Source: a virus
Length of the DNA stretch: 64,000 nt
IMG/VR virus record: IMGVR_UViG_3300020048_000068
Coordinates: 32,317 to 96,316 of that record
Direction: 5' to 3' (one strand)
Below, piece by piece: positions 12,201 to 20,931 of this stretch. The notes under the pieces were generated by a model. The model saw only the letters and a list, made by a program, of their open reading frames with translations. It ran no database searches and had not been told where the DNA came from. Positions within the stretch are counted from its first letter, which is position 1, and each line of letters opens with the position of its first letter. The position numbers and the translations under genes were made by a program.

Positions 12201-15200
12201 CTAAGAGAATCTTTTTCTATTTTGTAGTTAATATCTCTTGTTGTACCATCTCCATTATCTATTCTAATATCAGCACCTTTTGATGATAATAAGTCAGCAT
12301 AACTAGGTATTTTACCTATTATTTTAACATTATGTCCTACTAATAAAGGATCAGTATTAATTAATTGAGAATCAAAAGTAGAATCAGATTCAACATCAGA
12401 ATCTTCACTTTGCCACGTTAAAAACCTAACAGGAATGTTTTCTAATTGTTCATTAGTTGCTAATTTTACTACTAAAGGAGTTCCTACATTGAACTTATCT
12501 GGATGCGCAAATCCTTTTTCAGATACACCATTTTTATCAACTATTCCAAAATTAACATGTGATCCTTCTATCCAAACAGTTTTAATTTCAATTTCTTTAG
12601 TTTCTTCATTTCTTTTTCTTACACTAATAGATGTAGAACCCAATCCTCTCATAGGTACTTTACTAATAAGACTATTATTATTGCCATAAATAGTAGGTTC
12701 AGATGTAGTACCAGATGCAGTAGTTGTAGTTTTTAGATTAGCAACACTAATATTCGCATTATAAATATTATCATTATCTTTTGACCTTTCTTCTTCAGAT
12801 CTATAATTAATACTTAATCTTTTTTCAAGATTATCTATGAAGTTCTGAGCTTGAAATATATCATGATACACCTTATCAATTTCTGCCTTATTATTTTTAC
12901 CTTTAAATTCATTCCAACCTAATGCTATGTAATTAAATACAGTGTTAATTCTATTTTTATTATTAAAATTATTACCGAGATCATTAACAAGTTTATTTAT
13001 TACATCTCTAAAGGTAATTGTATTAATATCTCTGTTTTCATGTTTAGCCATACTTTTAACAAGAGTTTCAACTTCCTCTTTATAAAACTCTATATCTTCA
13101 TTACTAAGATTACCTACTGTTAGTGGTGAAGGATGTATTTTAATAGAAGTATCTTCATTACTAGCAGCATTACGGAATATGTTATCTATAACATCATTTA
13201 TGTCAGTATTAGTATTTATTGGTACTTCTTTCTTCTCTTTTATTACCTTCTTTATAATATTATTTACTGGGTTACTTAGTTCTTCTCGTCTTGCTACATC
13301 TTCTTTTATTTCAACTTGTTCTTCTTTAGTAATTTTAAATTCTTTTTCTAAAGCAATTTTTACATCTTTAAGTTGTTCTAATTCTAAAACAATAATATCT
13401 TTATTTAGTTGATCTGGATTTTTTAAAAATTCTTCTAAATGACTTATTTCCTTTTCAATCTTAATAATTTTATCTGAAACATTTACTACTTTATTTTGTA
13501 CTCTAATTTCTGGTGTCTCAGGTATTGATTTAGTATAAAGTTCTACTTGTTTGTTAAAATTCTTTATTTCTACTTCTGCAAGTCTATCTTGTTCTTCTTT
13601 AGTATGAAGTTTAGTTATTTCTTCTCTTTTAATTTTTGCATCTTCTTCTGCTTGCTGTTGTTTTTTTATAGTTTCATTATATGAAAGCATTGGACCATAA
13701 GCACCGATAATAAGATTATCCTCTCTACGATCTTCGTCATTAATATCTGTATTATAATCATCTTCTATTTCTTTAAACTTCAATTCATTCTTCTTAAGCC
13801 TTTCTTCAAATCCTTTTAATTCTTTTTTAAGAAACGATTTAATTTCACCATTAGTTTCTCTATCAATTGATTGTTTTACTGTTTTAATTAAACTTAGAGT
13901 AGCAAGTAGTTCACTTTTTGCAGTATGATATTCTTTACCTAAAGCACTTACACCACTATTAGATTTATTAATTTTATCAATATTAAATAATTCTTTTCTA
14001 TATTTTTCAACACTATCTTGAATAATACCTAACTCTAATTTTGCATGAGTCATTGGTATTAACATATGGGATGGAGTTTTATCCGCAACTTCATCATCAA
14101 ATATATATTTAGCATTTCTAGTCTGCTTAATTAATTCAGGATAAGTATTTTCAATTGCTTTAATATCATCAGTTTTATCTGGATTAGCAGTTGCTTCTTT
14201 TAATGTATTTTCTAAGAAATTCAATTGAGAATTATACAAAGAAGCATCTCCTTCAGCATTAACTATGCGATCAAAATTTAAATTATAAACAGAAGTATGT
14301 TTATTAAAATTACTAATCAAACTATTAGCAAGAGGAATATCATTATCATTAAATGCGTCTGATATTTTCTTTATATATTCAATTTTAATACCCTGATCCC
14401 TTTCTTTTAATAATTCTTTATGTGCTTTATACACTTTATCCATACCAGTGTATTTATCACCAATTTTATTAATACCGTAACCTATAGCAGGAATAAATCC
14501 ACCTCCAGCTGCACCACCAAGAACATTATTCCAAGTTTCAGCACTAGTAAAATACTCTGGTAATCTATCAGTAAAGAAATCATTATCTTCTTCTAAACCA
14601 GCACTAATCATAGCATAATGTTTAGCCTCCCAATCATATACTTTCTGACGACCTTCTTCTTCACCTTCTAAAGACATACCAACAACGGTTTTAACTGCTG
14701 TCTTTGCTATCTTATTAGGAATTAAATCTAATCCTCTTTCTAATACATTCCACTTACTAGCACCTTCTACTAATCCACCTTTAATAGGACTATAAGTCAT
14801 AAGTGCAGCTTCTACTGCTCCTAATGCTGTACCAGTAACAAAGTCTCTTCTAAACATATAACTAGCAGCTTCAGAAGCTTGTTTATTTGCTTGTTCTTCA
14901 GGTATACCTTTATCTCTTAACGTCTGAAGGGTTTCTTCATATGTAGCAGCAGCATTCATAATTGCTTCTCTACCTCTACCAATAGCATATGTACCCATGA
15001 ATACTTTCTTGGCATTCTTAGCAGTAGTAAGTCCTTGTAACATTTTACCTATTTTTTCTACCATACCTATACCAGTACCAATAGCTCCACCAACCGCTGT
15101 ACCAAAACCGGGTGTTATTACCGTACCTATTCCTGCACCTATAAGAGCTGCTGCCCTAGCTTCAACAGCACTTTCTCCTACTATACCTATTACAGAACCA

Positions 15201-15673
15201 ACTCCAGGAGCAATAACATTAGCCCACCAAGCAGGATCAGCAGGATTAACGGTATTAGGATCTCTTTCCAGGGCTATTTGCATGTTATCACGCATGAAAT
15301 TAGAACCCCAACCATATAAACCACCAGACTTTATAGTTTCTCCCCATACATCGGCATCACCTATTGCCATTTTAGCAATATTACCATTGAATAAATCGGG
15401 TAAAGTAGATGCATTTTGTGCAAACATACCTATACTACTAACAGCAAGATTCTTTAATCCAATACCTACTGTTTCAAGAATAGGAGTATTAGCTGCTGCT
15501 TTAGCATACATATTAGGATCATCTACTGATAAATCTTCTGGTGCTATTTTTCTTTTATATTCTGCAAAATTAGGAATATTATAAGATGCACCGTATAATA
15601 ATGCACCTGCATATTCATTTGCGGCTGGATTAACTACTGGTGGTTTTAATACTTCATCTATAAGAAATGGCAT
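3296..15673 (-). CDS. Giant virion-packaged RNA polymerase polyprotein (crAss-like vRNAP) with C-terminal zincin domain
   Basis: 4125 aa. Catalytic GLDFDVDK (nt 6788-6802) preceded by RIPTSNHSS, resembling the DFDID motif of crAss-like vRNAPs. HEVVH...HEFISE zincin (nt 4163-4177). Gly-rich hydrophobic N-terminus typical of ejected proteins. Confidence 0.9.
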   Translation of the reverse strand: MPFLIDEVLKPPVVNPAANEYAGALLYGASYNIPNFAEYKRKIAPEDLSVDDPNMYAKAAANTPILETVGIGLKNLAVSSIGMFAQNASTLPDLFNGNIAKMAIGDADVWGETIKSGGLYGWGSNFMRDNMQIALERDPNTVNPADPAWWANVIAPGVGSVIGIVGESAVEARAAALIGAGIGTVITPGFGTAVGGAIGTGIGMVEKIGKMLQGLTTAKNAKKVFMGTYAIGRGREAIMNAAATYEETLQTLRDKGIPEEQANKQASEAASYMFRRDFVTGTALGAVEAALMTYSPIKGGLVEGASKWNVLERGLDLIPNKIAKTAVKTVVGMSLEGEEEGRQKVYDWEAKHYAMISAGLEEDNDFFTDRLPEYFTSAETWNNVLGGAAGGGFIPAIGYGINKIGDKYTGMDKVYKAHKELLKERDQGIKIEYIKKISDAFNDNDIPLANSLISNFNKHTSVYNLNFDRIVNAEGDASLYNSQLNFLENTLKEATANPDKTDDIKAIENTYPELIKQTRNAKYIFDDEVADKTPSHMLIPMTHAKLELGIIQDSVEKYRKELFNIDKINKSNSGVSALGKEYHTAKSELLATLSLIKTVKQSIDRETNGEIKSFLKKELKGFEERLKKNELKFKEIEDDYNTDINDEDRREDNLIIGAYGPMLSYNETIKKQQQAEEDAKIKREEITKLHTKEEQDRLAEVEIKNFNKQVELYTKSIPETPEIRVQNKVVNVSDKIIKIEKEISHLEEFLKNPDQLNKDIIVLELEQLKDVKIALEKEFKITKEEQVEIKEDVARREELSNPVNNIIKKVIKEKKEVPINTNTDINDVIDNIFRNAASNEDTSIKIHPSPLTVGNLSNEDIEFYKEEVETLVKSMAKHENRDINTITFRDVINKLVNDLGNNFNNKNRINTVFNYIALGWNEFKGKNNKAEIDKVYHDIFQAQNFIDNLEKRLSINYRSEEERSKDNDNIYNANISVANLKTTTTASGTTSEPTIYGNNNSLISKVPMRGLGSTSISVRKRNEETKEIEIKTVWIEGSHVNFGIVDKNGVSEKGFAHPDKFNVGTPLVVKLATNEQLENIPVRFLTWQSEDSDVESDSTFDSQLINTDPLLVGHNVKIIGKIPSYADLLSSKGADIRIDNGDGTTRDINYKIEKDSLRYKDTVPMIMQHRDHDLSYGSTYAYDVNYFNPVHNNENQQHIEGLKNIARTYRNIVLEKGSLNLVITERSNGTFNPAKIKTKEEFIPLKNIPQIEDNRPKIGIYHKSFDGRRTYRVYNNVTNKLEEIDYIPEEISNEDATFVYFMPVNKINDKIIYQVSGVQTSTIKKHSTAIKDSIINMLYLYVKANVNRNDKAFIKEISDISTNEYGKDDGNFTEMKGAKNYIKNFYQTYVKINKEEYVEKFDIKVKNKGVTISSVDENGENQDTTITSNFFEQTPDQLNASKDIIYRFLDTLPINISLLPFNLTTKEGITGLNKQIKLVSKDGVLSNSDEYENYLDYIEQNLVHNIKSFNVANDNEEPYYTPNIIPILEVDITSNQVVHKPKDVIQEALKTPANNKDTKKEEIVLTNDDDKNIIINAFNAINGLYSTDYRQAKVLNQILNDTEPKVHPSPLTTLESIREYNRSIANISDVEKTELVNSISSLFHTKILNNDLNIKENKKSLKEEIQKYIKEHLDNKANIVELHDLTLKRVDKKKYPNVSLLINDYELLSSKINNLFSDIDSLDTSILINDIFDNLVLEKAIKEVGEEDSDKEDSGQLSFDKDSAEKDSFMKVGEKLKRFLFGQLDTDSEGNTTTIFLGLPKYVDRNEIWNKLLELTCSENCSDITFEGKINALKENATNLPWLWLEDGKQFTNELETNDYKKKQDNTVVGKLLKNNNFKELTQLQHNFTVAFTNNRRISKMVIVNEYEGKHYLKVYDTDLSSLTNEIKKGWISKIKNNLTERLGTSTDANYDVDKVRTLVKEYNELLNSSNDLKEDGSLFINWLNKVGIDISPELFTSFVEDKFYNSNGIKVPFSKILSNKKDKHGNLQVKLDRASIFGQLITLFDKILKGEEITFNESTFNGYDFQNIAKKQSIYSHKRPVTSTREGGKTLFGYTAGNLLRDRTNNLKKSEVRELFKQDTFSKNSMILELLETSDNFKYSFSIFDISKEAIKFGTKKSYQDTDTVSLSDGDHELLGLGMHQDLSQGKLFEKYKGFGLRMSSILPPSFSDKTSTYGIKTVALDLTKQNFDIDSNNEVTMKDDLRDILRDQLITPELNRIIQFNKEPDYNIAGYDGSVFYQFPQMNYLTISVNGEDVRLIKYLRNKGIITPEIQEQIKTKTDLVLNKVFTSLVNDKIKIWNELGITTDSEYKFDTKYVETKFENIEKEYDQVVLSKLVAYDYIINTMLTNAEIGKLYYLDNAFYVKGKIPQGKVLADLTDKETDHVINETVDITYDNITKRLASLIAPGNQISNSVEKDEYTQINLADIISASTQLTELIVRLGEFGAQGYGNNNSTDAQEYTTTGEHLNILVRYGKIPDSEVDFTEKDKEDAIELFKSNRSLTEKDKLLLRKVLQPMKPVYSGMYFDKKYGILRPIYIKSSSIPLIPQVTVGLEIDDLRRLMEAVEKKEKRFVRASYQSANKIGAVKNPLSWVKKDGTAGYVNEGDVSFFDDKGEINDEIVDKVIANHSHILNRSNLRIQQDVPFKSELHDEDTISNMTQMAVLKLANGVTGLEGFKYQGKTYSGKKIQAINNELVRTLLNHKQKIFDETYDNIEKIEKLLKKEAKDKGIQDVEALTLKEVIDENGNSTYEFNIPIWLTPDPDKYESLLQSIINKHIIKFKMPGYSYVAGSSVGYKDKGIRKFKDFEHTSRIVWADKPIDHLTTNQVLISSKFRDNNDELIDLTSDDYSIEEKREDGSTYRKLNKDKISDELLKLISIRIPTSNHSSMSLDDIVGFLPLECGDLMLVAPDKTTQKGLDFDVDKENTYHYWTYQDQYGKIVPLHRKYEIKTIDEQLKIAEGKTKDELNDIKEKVINNLMVELDRSILSHDTVKTMTHVILSIDDAKEQSKAIKQTNAKASRWSKTFLSDEYQKQAMLKNASGKLGTAVYSNALIMQALMEQIAITDPEHQLELTMGDELFEVEIDGKIFDGKLGKIREEGQSRNVLEVLGERQNFAVDNGTANIMGDVNINKYTFDADVIMANMNMDKGETVNLGKNKINSISFLLLNQPIIKDYVKMMMKLSSNLSEYVEDKDQSVVNDLLDKYYVYNEKFYEDGRRRPVSHKGINLTNAQFARNIESTDVDNNYQQMCLDLFLKLKTFGEVQRKIQSPTKINAKGLGKSLLDTVDMLERIDVIKEDKFNIFKIRNASILLTNNNLPQHYIETGLEESKNKWLKLFPYQTDTLVDILKEIGGDKELTVKDKQDMIIETKKFIFSRNTLLFTNNSTNTTEQNRRDLFIDSKNNESLPTYLERATHELVIKNDLIRSFNYELKVDGTPSLIIFNNKQAEGVSEKGMYKALLSLLTTNISLVNGKEEVTSDPVLLEPRNGKPYTTHNLLFDLLAYNYLKGGIQQATEFGKFIPVLLLDLKFTEVVRNIDTYLHKSREEVAIINKNYKKNIFGLSEKRQSKIFIQYKQHHPETLPKKKYINADNVLVTNGKPVIYIPNKENYPTMFSVKLKSIKDDKGKKQPDKFFIYLKTDLNGVYHRIPVLGNRNIAEYNSSNEDFIYSSIVNNDNDNNNFDPAINDLFNNDLVENIKSDALNIEPIPFSSNNHDTIMSSIIKDVNIEDENKEVVAFLKQYALPLLKDIKVESKGEVVIDGVRVGGKFDTENNTISLNKPVVDKDVEEGSRIYLHEVVHGLLSEDISKYFDENSKLKEGIKIPDYMRELSVLYNKAKVELKDRNKIKSHKFVYDNHYTNAASDIHEFISEISSHKGIQQYLAKAPYTSTMNLYDKFIDIVKKFFNSLAGNNITSHTIKNIMVAIDVKRESMGLESMVKGELKPTQPVASVKPITPISNDLKTLEQIDRVITYTPKGKIQQTYTVKGEQIFNKKGIEVFKTNSIDRNKILFNMAIKEKRATIITYANQQYGVYDNNDIISIKTGNMMNWSNNNGNRIAILKLAKPEIHLSPIEQKELDEINKICNPNS

Positions 15674-15691
15674 AAGTTATTATTTATATTT

Positions 15692-18022
15692 TTATAAGAA
15701 AGCTGAAAATGTTTCCGACGGATATAATTCCCTTGAATTTTCTTCAGGTATTATTTGTTTTTCTTTTCTTTCTTCTTCAAGTTTACTATAACGTGTAGGA
15801 AATATATGTATATTATTAGGATCAACAAAATATTTATCTAAAGATTCACCTTTACTTATCGCCATTTTCTTTTTTTCTTCTACTAATTGTTTAATTACAG
15901 TAGGGTTTGATTTATAAAGTTTAATATAGTCAGCTAATTCGCCATTAGCATCACTTCCTGTAATTATAGGTAAAACTAACACATTACCATCTGGTTCTTT
16001 AATACTAGCAATAATACCACCACTTTGTGTTTTTCTAACGTATGCTGTAACATCATCATAATTAATTTCTGTTACTGCTCCATAATTAATATTAGGTGTA
16101 GGAAGAGGTGCATTTTGTATACCAAAAACTAATCTTGCTAATTTAGAATCAGTAAGTGCTTCACCTAATGTTTTAGTAGTTTTACCGTACTTACCTACTC
16201 TAATTGCTTCTTGTATTGGCATAGCAGCGTTTTCACTTATAATAAATGTAGTTACTTTATTATTATCTGATTTATCTACTGCTTGTATTTCAACTTTTCC
16301 TTCACCAATAGGAGTTATACTTTTAAACAAATAAGCATCTGTAAGATTACCTTTAGTACCAATCTTAGTATTTATAATGTCACTAGCACTGTTTTTATTA
16401 TCATTTCCTTTTATTGTAAGTGTTGATGGTTCAGCAAGTAGAGCAATTGATGCTGCATCTTGTAAATCAGTTTGTCCTGCTATAACTATACTCTTATTCT
16501 GATTAGCTTGATTATTTTGAATCATATTACTTTTTGCAACATATATACTATTATATTCATCTCTTAAACCCTTTGCTTCTTGATATTTTGCTGATAATTC
16601 TTGATATTCTTTTGCATAAGCTTTGTTTGTAGAACTATCACCCGGTTCCATATTAAATCTAAGTTGATTTAATTCTCCTAATCTTCTTTTATAATTATTT
16701 ACATTTGCAAGTAATTCTTTTTGTTTAGTTGAAACTCCTTTACCATCATTCATTTCTTGATAAGTAATATCTCTTATTTGATTATGTCTATTTATAGCAT
16801 TACGTTGATTAAGATATATTTCATTTCTTTCTAATTCAGCTTCTCTTCTTTCATCTGGTGAAGCATTTTTATCAGCAAGAGTAGCATTAATAGAAGGTCT
16901 ATTACCTCTTGGTGCATCTAACAATACTTTTTCAGTTCCCGGTACATATAATGGTGCTGAAGTAGTATTATTATTTTGTTCAGGAGAAGAACCTACTACT
17001 GGTAAATTAATATTACTTTTTGAACCACCAGAACTACCCGGTTTATTACCTTCTGCATCTAATATTATTGTACCACCACCATATTTCGTTCCATATATTT
17101 CAGCAAATTTCTGTAATTGATAATCATCCAATGGCATAGCATCTTCTTTAATATTTGTCTTTCCATACTCAATTCTACCATTAGCATCTGTTTTATATAC
17201 AGGTTTACCTTTTTCATCTGTTTCAAAGGTACGTTGATTTTTATCACTTTTAACTGGTACACGAGATACTCTTATTTTACCATAAAATAAATTATTACCC
17301 TTAGTATCTTTTTCTGATAAAACCGTTGGTCCTTTTCTAGTAGGATCAAAAGCATTCATTGAATGTATATAATTTTGATATGATGGATCATTTTCTACTT
17401 CAGCTATAGCAGCACGTATAGCTATTGGTGATTTTCCTTTAACATGTTGTCCAGTATCATCTATATAATCACTATCAGGAATAGAACTTATTGCTTTATC
17501 TATTTTCTCAGTTACGTTAACATAATCAGGAACATAAGCTTGAGTTAATTCTTTACCTGCTTTTAATTCTTCAAGATTTTTCTTTTTTATAGCATTATAA
17601 ACAGTACGTACATCTGCTTCACTTTTCTTAGGGTCTTTTAAGGCAGTAGCAAAACCAGTACTCCAATCAGAATAACCTTTAGTATATCTACTAATATCAC
17701 CTGTAGTCATATCTTTAGTAAGAGCACGACCTGCTTCTCTTAATTGTCCACCTATTTGTAGATATCTCATAGGATCAGTTTTTGCTAAACCAGCAGATTG
17801 TTCTACTAAATCTTGATACTGTTTGATTTTTGCTTGTAATTCAGGCATTGCTTCAGGATGTGTTTTAAGACTACCAAGTGCAGTATCAAAATTACTAATA
17901 CTTTGTTCATTAGTTTTAATAGTATTTCCTACAAGTTCAGTTAACTTTCCCATTTCTTCTAAAGGTAGTTTACTAAAAGAAGTATCCATTTTAAATGGTG
18001 AATATAGCGACGGTATTTCCAT
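15692..18022 (-). CDS. Putative virion cargo (ejection) protein
   Basis: 776 aa, helical; lies directly upstream of the vRNAP gene, as cargo genes do in crAss-like phages. Confidence 0.6.
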   Translation of the reverse strand: MEIPSLYSPFKMDTSFSKLPLEEMGKLTELVGNTIKTNEQSISNFDTALGSLKTHPEAMPELQAKIKQYQDLVEQSAGLAKTDPMRYLQIGGQLREAGRALTKDMTTGDISRYTKGYSDWSTGFATALKDPKKSEADVRTVYNAIKKKNLEELKAGKELTQAYVPDYVNVTEKIDKAISSIPDSDYIDDTGQHVKGKSPIAIRAAIAEVENDPSYQNYIHSMNAFDPTRKGPTVLSEKDTKGNNLFYGKIRVSRVPVKSDKNQRTFETDEKGKPVYKTDANGRIEYGKTNIKEDAMPLDDYQLQKFAEIYGTKYGGGTIILDAEGNKPGSSGGSKSNINLPVVGSSPEQNNNTTSAPLYVPGTEKVLLDAPRGNRPSINATLADKNASPDERREAELERNEIYLNQRNAINRHNQIRDITYQEMNDGKGVSTKQKELLANVNNYKRRLGELNQLRFNMEPGDSSTNKAYAKEYQELSAKYQEAKGLRDEYNSIYVAKSNMIQNNQANQNKSIVIAGQTDLQDAASIALLAEPSTLTIKGNDNKNSASDIINTKIGTKGNLTDAYLFKSITPIGEGKVEIQAVDKSDNNKVTTFIISENAAMPIQEAIRVGKYGKTTKTLGEALTDSKLARLVFGIQNAPLPTPNINYGAVTEINYDDVTAYVRKTQSGGIIASIKEPDGNVLVLPIITGSDANGELADYIKLYKSNPTVIKQLVEEKKKMAISKGESLDKYFVDPNNIHIFPTRYSKLEEERKEKQIIPEENSRELYPSETFSAFL

Positions 18023-18028
18023 ATTATT

Positions 18029-20875
18029 TTATGACTTAATTGAGTTATATTTCTTCATCCAACTTCTTTGATAAGAAGAAGGTAACATTCCATTATTTGC
18101 TGCTAATGCCTTTTGACTAATTTTACCATAAATATTACCAGTATACCATTCAAGAGGTACTTTTGATACATCTCCGCCTGCTCGTTTGAGTATATCTTGT
18201 AGATATTTACGTGCAACTGCATCTTGTATTTCTGGTGGTGCTAATCCTGCTTTACTATATTCAGTACCAATACCAAATCGTTTACTTAATGTTTTCCATG
18301 TTCCTTTTGTAAATTGATAAGCACCACTTGCTGAAGATGCACCTGCTTTATTATCTACATTATATCTACCACTAGACTCTTTACCTCTAATAGTTGCTAA
18401 TGCCCTTTCAACATCTTTACTACCTTTGGCTAATACCGCACTACTAAATTTTTGTTCATTATCATATAATTGTTTTATTTTAGCATTAGTACCACCTAAT
18501 TCATTAACAAATCCAGTATTTAAATCTGGTTCTGGTGTAGTAGTTTGGTTAGCAAAAGTAATTGGTTCACGTTTAATTGATGAAAGCATATCTAATAAAG
18601 GATTAGATTTACCACCTACTTCACCACCTAATGCAAAATAAGAAGGTTGTTTTTTAGTACCTCCACTCATAATACTATTATAATTATTAAGATTAAAATC
18701 ACCTAATGTAGATGTAGAACCAAGATTAGTTCCCCAATTACTAGTATTAGCACCTACAGTATTATTTATTGGTCCAAATTTACCATTTGTAAAACCAAAT
18801 TTACCTTCACCTTGTATCATAAGCATATTATTCATCAATTCTGTTTGTCTATCTTGTAAGTTAGATTCACTAATTGACTTTCCTATACCACCAATACTAC
18901 CTATTAATTCATTACTTGCAGCATTACTTGCACCAGCATTTGATCTTGCTAATGCTGTATCATATTCAAATTTAGCTTTCTCTCCACCTGCTAAAGCTAC
19001 ATCTCTTGCATTTAACATAGTTGCTTCTTGACCAGCAAGTTGAGTTTGTGCTCCAAGTACTTCACTATTTAACTTAGTCATAGTATCACCATAAACTTGA
19101 TTTACATCATTAGCTGATTTACTTCTAAGTGCTCTTCTAAGATTAATAGAACCACCCATATTATCTATACCAGCAGCACTATCTTGTTTACCTTGTTGTA
19201 ACTGACTGTTAATAATATTCTGTGCATAAGTACCTTGTGTTTTTAAATCTTCACTTGCACCTCTAAGTTTCTCTAATCCAGCAGTACCATAATTCTTATT
19301 AAAATTAGGCATTGGTTGTGATGTACTTGCAATTGATTTTTCAACATTACTTTTATTCATAAATGAACCAAGTATATTCATACCTGTATTTATATAATCA
19401 CCAGTACCCCAAGCAGCTTTAGGTACTTCATTAGAATCAACATTAGAGTTAAGATTACCTCTACCTTCAATTGCATTTCTAACCATAGTCTGTAAAGCAA
19501 CATCAGCCTGTTCTTCCTGATCTAACTTCTGACCAGTTCTTGCTATTGTATTAATCTGAAAAGGATCTCTTTGTCTCTTACCAAGTCTTGCAAGAGTATT
19601 CTCTCTAATTCTCTTTCTATCAGCTAAAGATGAGAACTTGCCTTTATTATCTTTAATACCAATTCTATCAGAAAAGATAAGTGAACCATTTGGTACATTC
19701 AAATTTACACCACCATTAGCGTGTGTAGCACCATTAATATTACCTACTTGACCTTGAGGTGTTTGAAGAATTTCGCCCCCCTCAGCATTTATAGTAGAAT
19801 TAGTTTGTCCTCCAAATGCGTATTTCTTTCTCATATTTGGTAAAATAAGGTTACTACCTTTTTCATAAGTGTTAAAGTATTCTTGTAACTTATTTGTAGG
19901 TGTGTTTTTTAAATTATATTCTGTTGGTATAAATGACCAAGCACCAGATTCATCTTCTTTTTCATTTTTCCATTGTCCACCAGTATGTTCAGGTGTACTA
20001 TAAATAGAACCATTTGAAAATGTAATATGATTAGGTTTTTTAAATTCATCATTAAGATGTAATTCAGGAGTTATTATTTCAGGTAAATCTACACCTTTAT
20101 GTTTTTTATAATAACCTTGTAAATCATAATCTCTTGTTAAATTTTCTATTTTAAAATTTTTACTTTTAGCATATTTTTGAGCAAAAGTATTATAACCTAT
20201 TAATTCTTCAGGAGTAAGTTCAGTATCATAAGTATTTACTTTACCACCTAACGCCATATAATTATTTTTATTTGTATTTGTATCATTAAATGTAGTTAAA
20301 TTTAATAAATCAACAATAGATTCACTATCAAATAATTCTTGTAAGTCATTAATGTTATTACTATTACCTTTATAAGTTTTCATGAACTTATCTACATGTT
20401 TTGGTGTAATAACTTCTTTCGGATTAACTTTCATTTCACGTCTTAAATTCATTAATCTTGGTATAACTTCATCAGAATTACTATAATAATCATATTTTTC
20501 ATTATAATCACCAGTTAATTTATTTTTAGGTTTTATTAATTGGTTAACAACATCTTTATTAGTAGTTCTTGTATATAAGTCTTGAGCTAATATTCTATGA
20601 GTATCTTCATGTAAAGCAGTATCTTTATCAGCATTTTTATTTAATAAAATAGTATTATTTTCATATCTACCTTGTACATTTTTATCTACTTCATCTACTC
20701 TATTAACAGTATAAGGTTGAGAAATTCTATTTAATAAATCTTTTCTATCTAAATTAAGAGCTTCATTAATATGAGGATCAGATATTTTTCTATTTTTAAA
20801 CCAATTTTTTAGAAATTTATCTTCTTCTACTAATCCACCAGTAGCATATTTTCTTATATTTTTCTTATTTCTCAT
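18029..20875 (-). CDS. Multi-module virion protein: HExxH module, EGGE/HxNGG module, pilot-like region, C-terminal lytic transglycosylase-like domain
   Basis: LHEDTH; NAEGGE..GATHANGGV; C-terminal ESSGRY..SSASGAYQF lysozyme-like motif. Modules are separated by [YFM]AxGG repeats. Confidence 0.7.
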   Translation of the reverse strand: MRNKKNIRKYATGGLVEEDKFLKNWFKNRKISDPHINEALNLDRKDLLNRISQPYTVNRVDEVDKNVQGRYENNTILLNKNADKDTALHEDTHRILAQDLYTRTTNKDVVNQLIKPKNKLTGDYNEKYDYYSNSDEVIPRLMNLRREMKVNPKEVITPKHVDKFMKTYKGNSNNINDLQELFDSESIVDLLNLTTFNDTNTNKNNYMALGGKVNTYDTELTPEELIGYNTFAQKYAKSKNFKIENLTRDYDLQGYYKKHKGVDLPEIITPELHLNDEFKKPNHITFSNGSIYSTPEHTGGQWKNEKEDESGAWSFIPTEYNLKNTPTNKLQEYFNTYEKGSNLILPNMRKKYAFGGQTNSTINAEGGEILQTPQGQVGNINGATHANGGVNLNVPNGSLIFSDRIGIKDNKGKFSSLADRKRIRENTLARLGKRQRDPFQINTIARTGQKLDQEEQADVALQTMVRNAIEGRGNLNSNVDSNEVPKAAWGTGDYINTGMNILGSFMNKSNVEKSIASTSQPMPNFNKNYGTAGLEKLRGASEDLKTQGTYAQNIINSQLQQGKQDSAAGIDNMGGSINLRRALRSKSANDVNQVYGDTMTKLNSEVLGAQTQLAGQEATMLNARDVALAGGEKAKFEYDTALARSNAGASNAASNELIGSIGGIGKSISESNLQDRQTELMNNMLMIQGEGKFGFTNGKFGPINNTVGANTSNWGTNLGSTSTLGDFNLNNYNSIMSGGTKKQPSYFALGGEVGGKSNPLLDMLSSIKREPITFANQTTTPEPDLNTGFVNELGGTNAKIKQLYDNEQKFSSAVLAKGSKDVERALATIRGKESSGRYNVDNKAGASSASGAYQFTKGTWKTLSKRFGIGTEYSKAGLAPPEIQDAVARKYLQDILKRAGGDVSKVPLEWYTGNIYGKISQKALAANNGMLPSSYQRSWMKKYNSIKS

Positions 20876-20893
20876 AATAATATTTTAATTAAC

Positions 20894-20918
20894 GAAAGTC
20901 ACCTTTTGAGTGACTTTC
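20894..20918 (-). terminator. Intergenic hairpin, likely terminator or processing stem
   Basis: GAAAGTCAC-7nt-GTGACTTTC perfect 9-bp stem between the micro-ORF and the 948-aa gene; the U-tract is weak. Confidence 0.5.
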
Positions 20919-20931
20919 ATATATTGATTGA

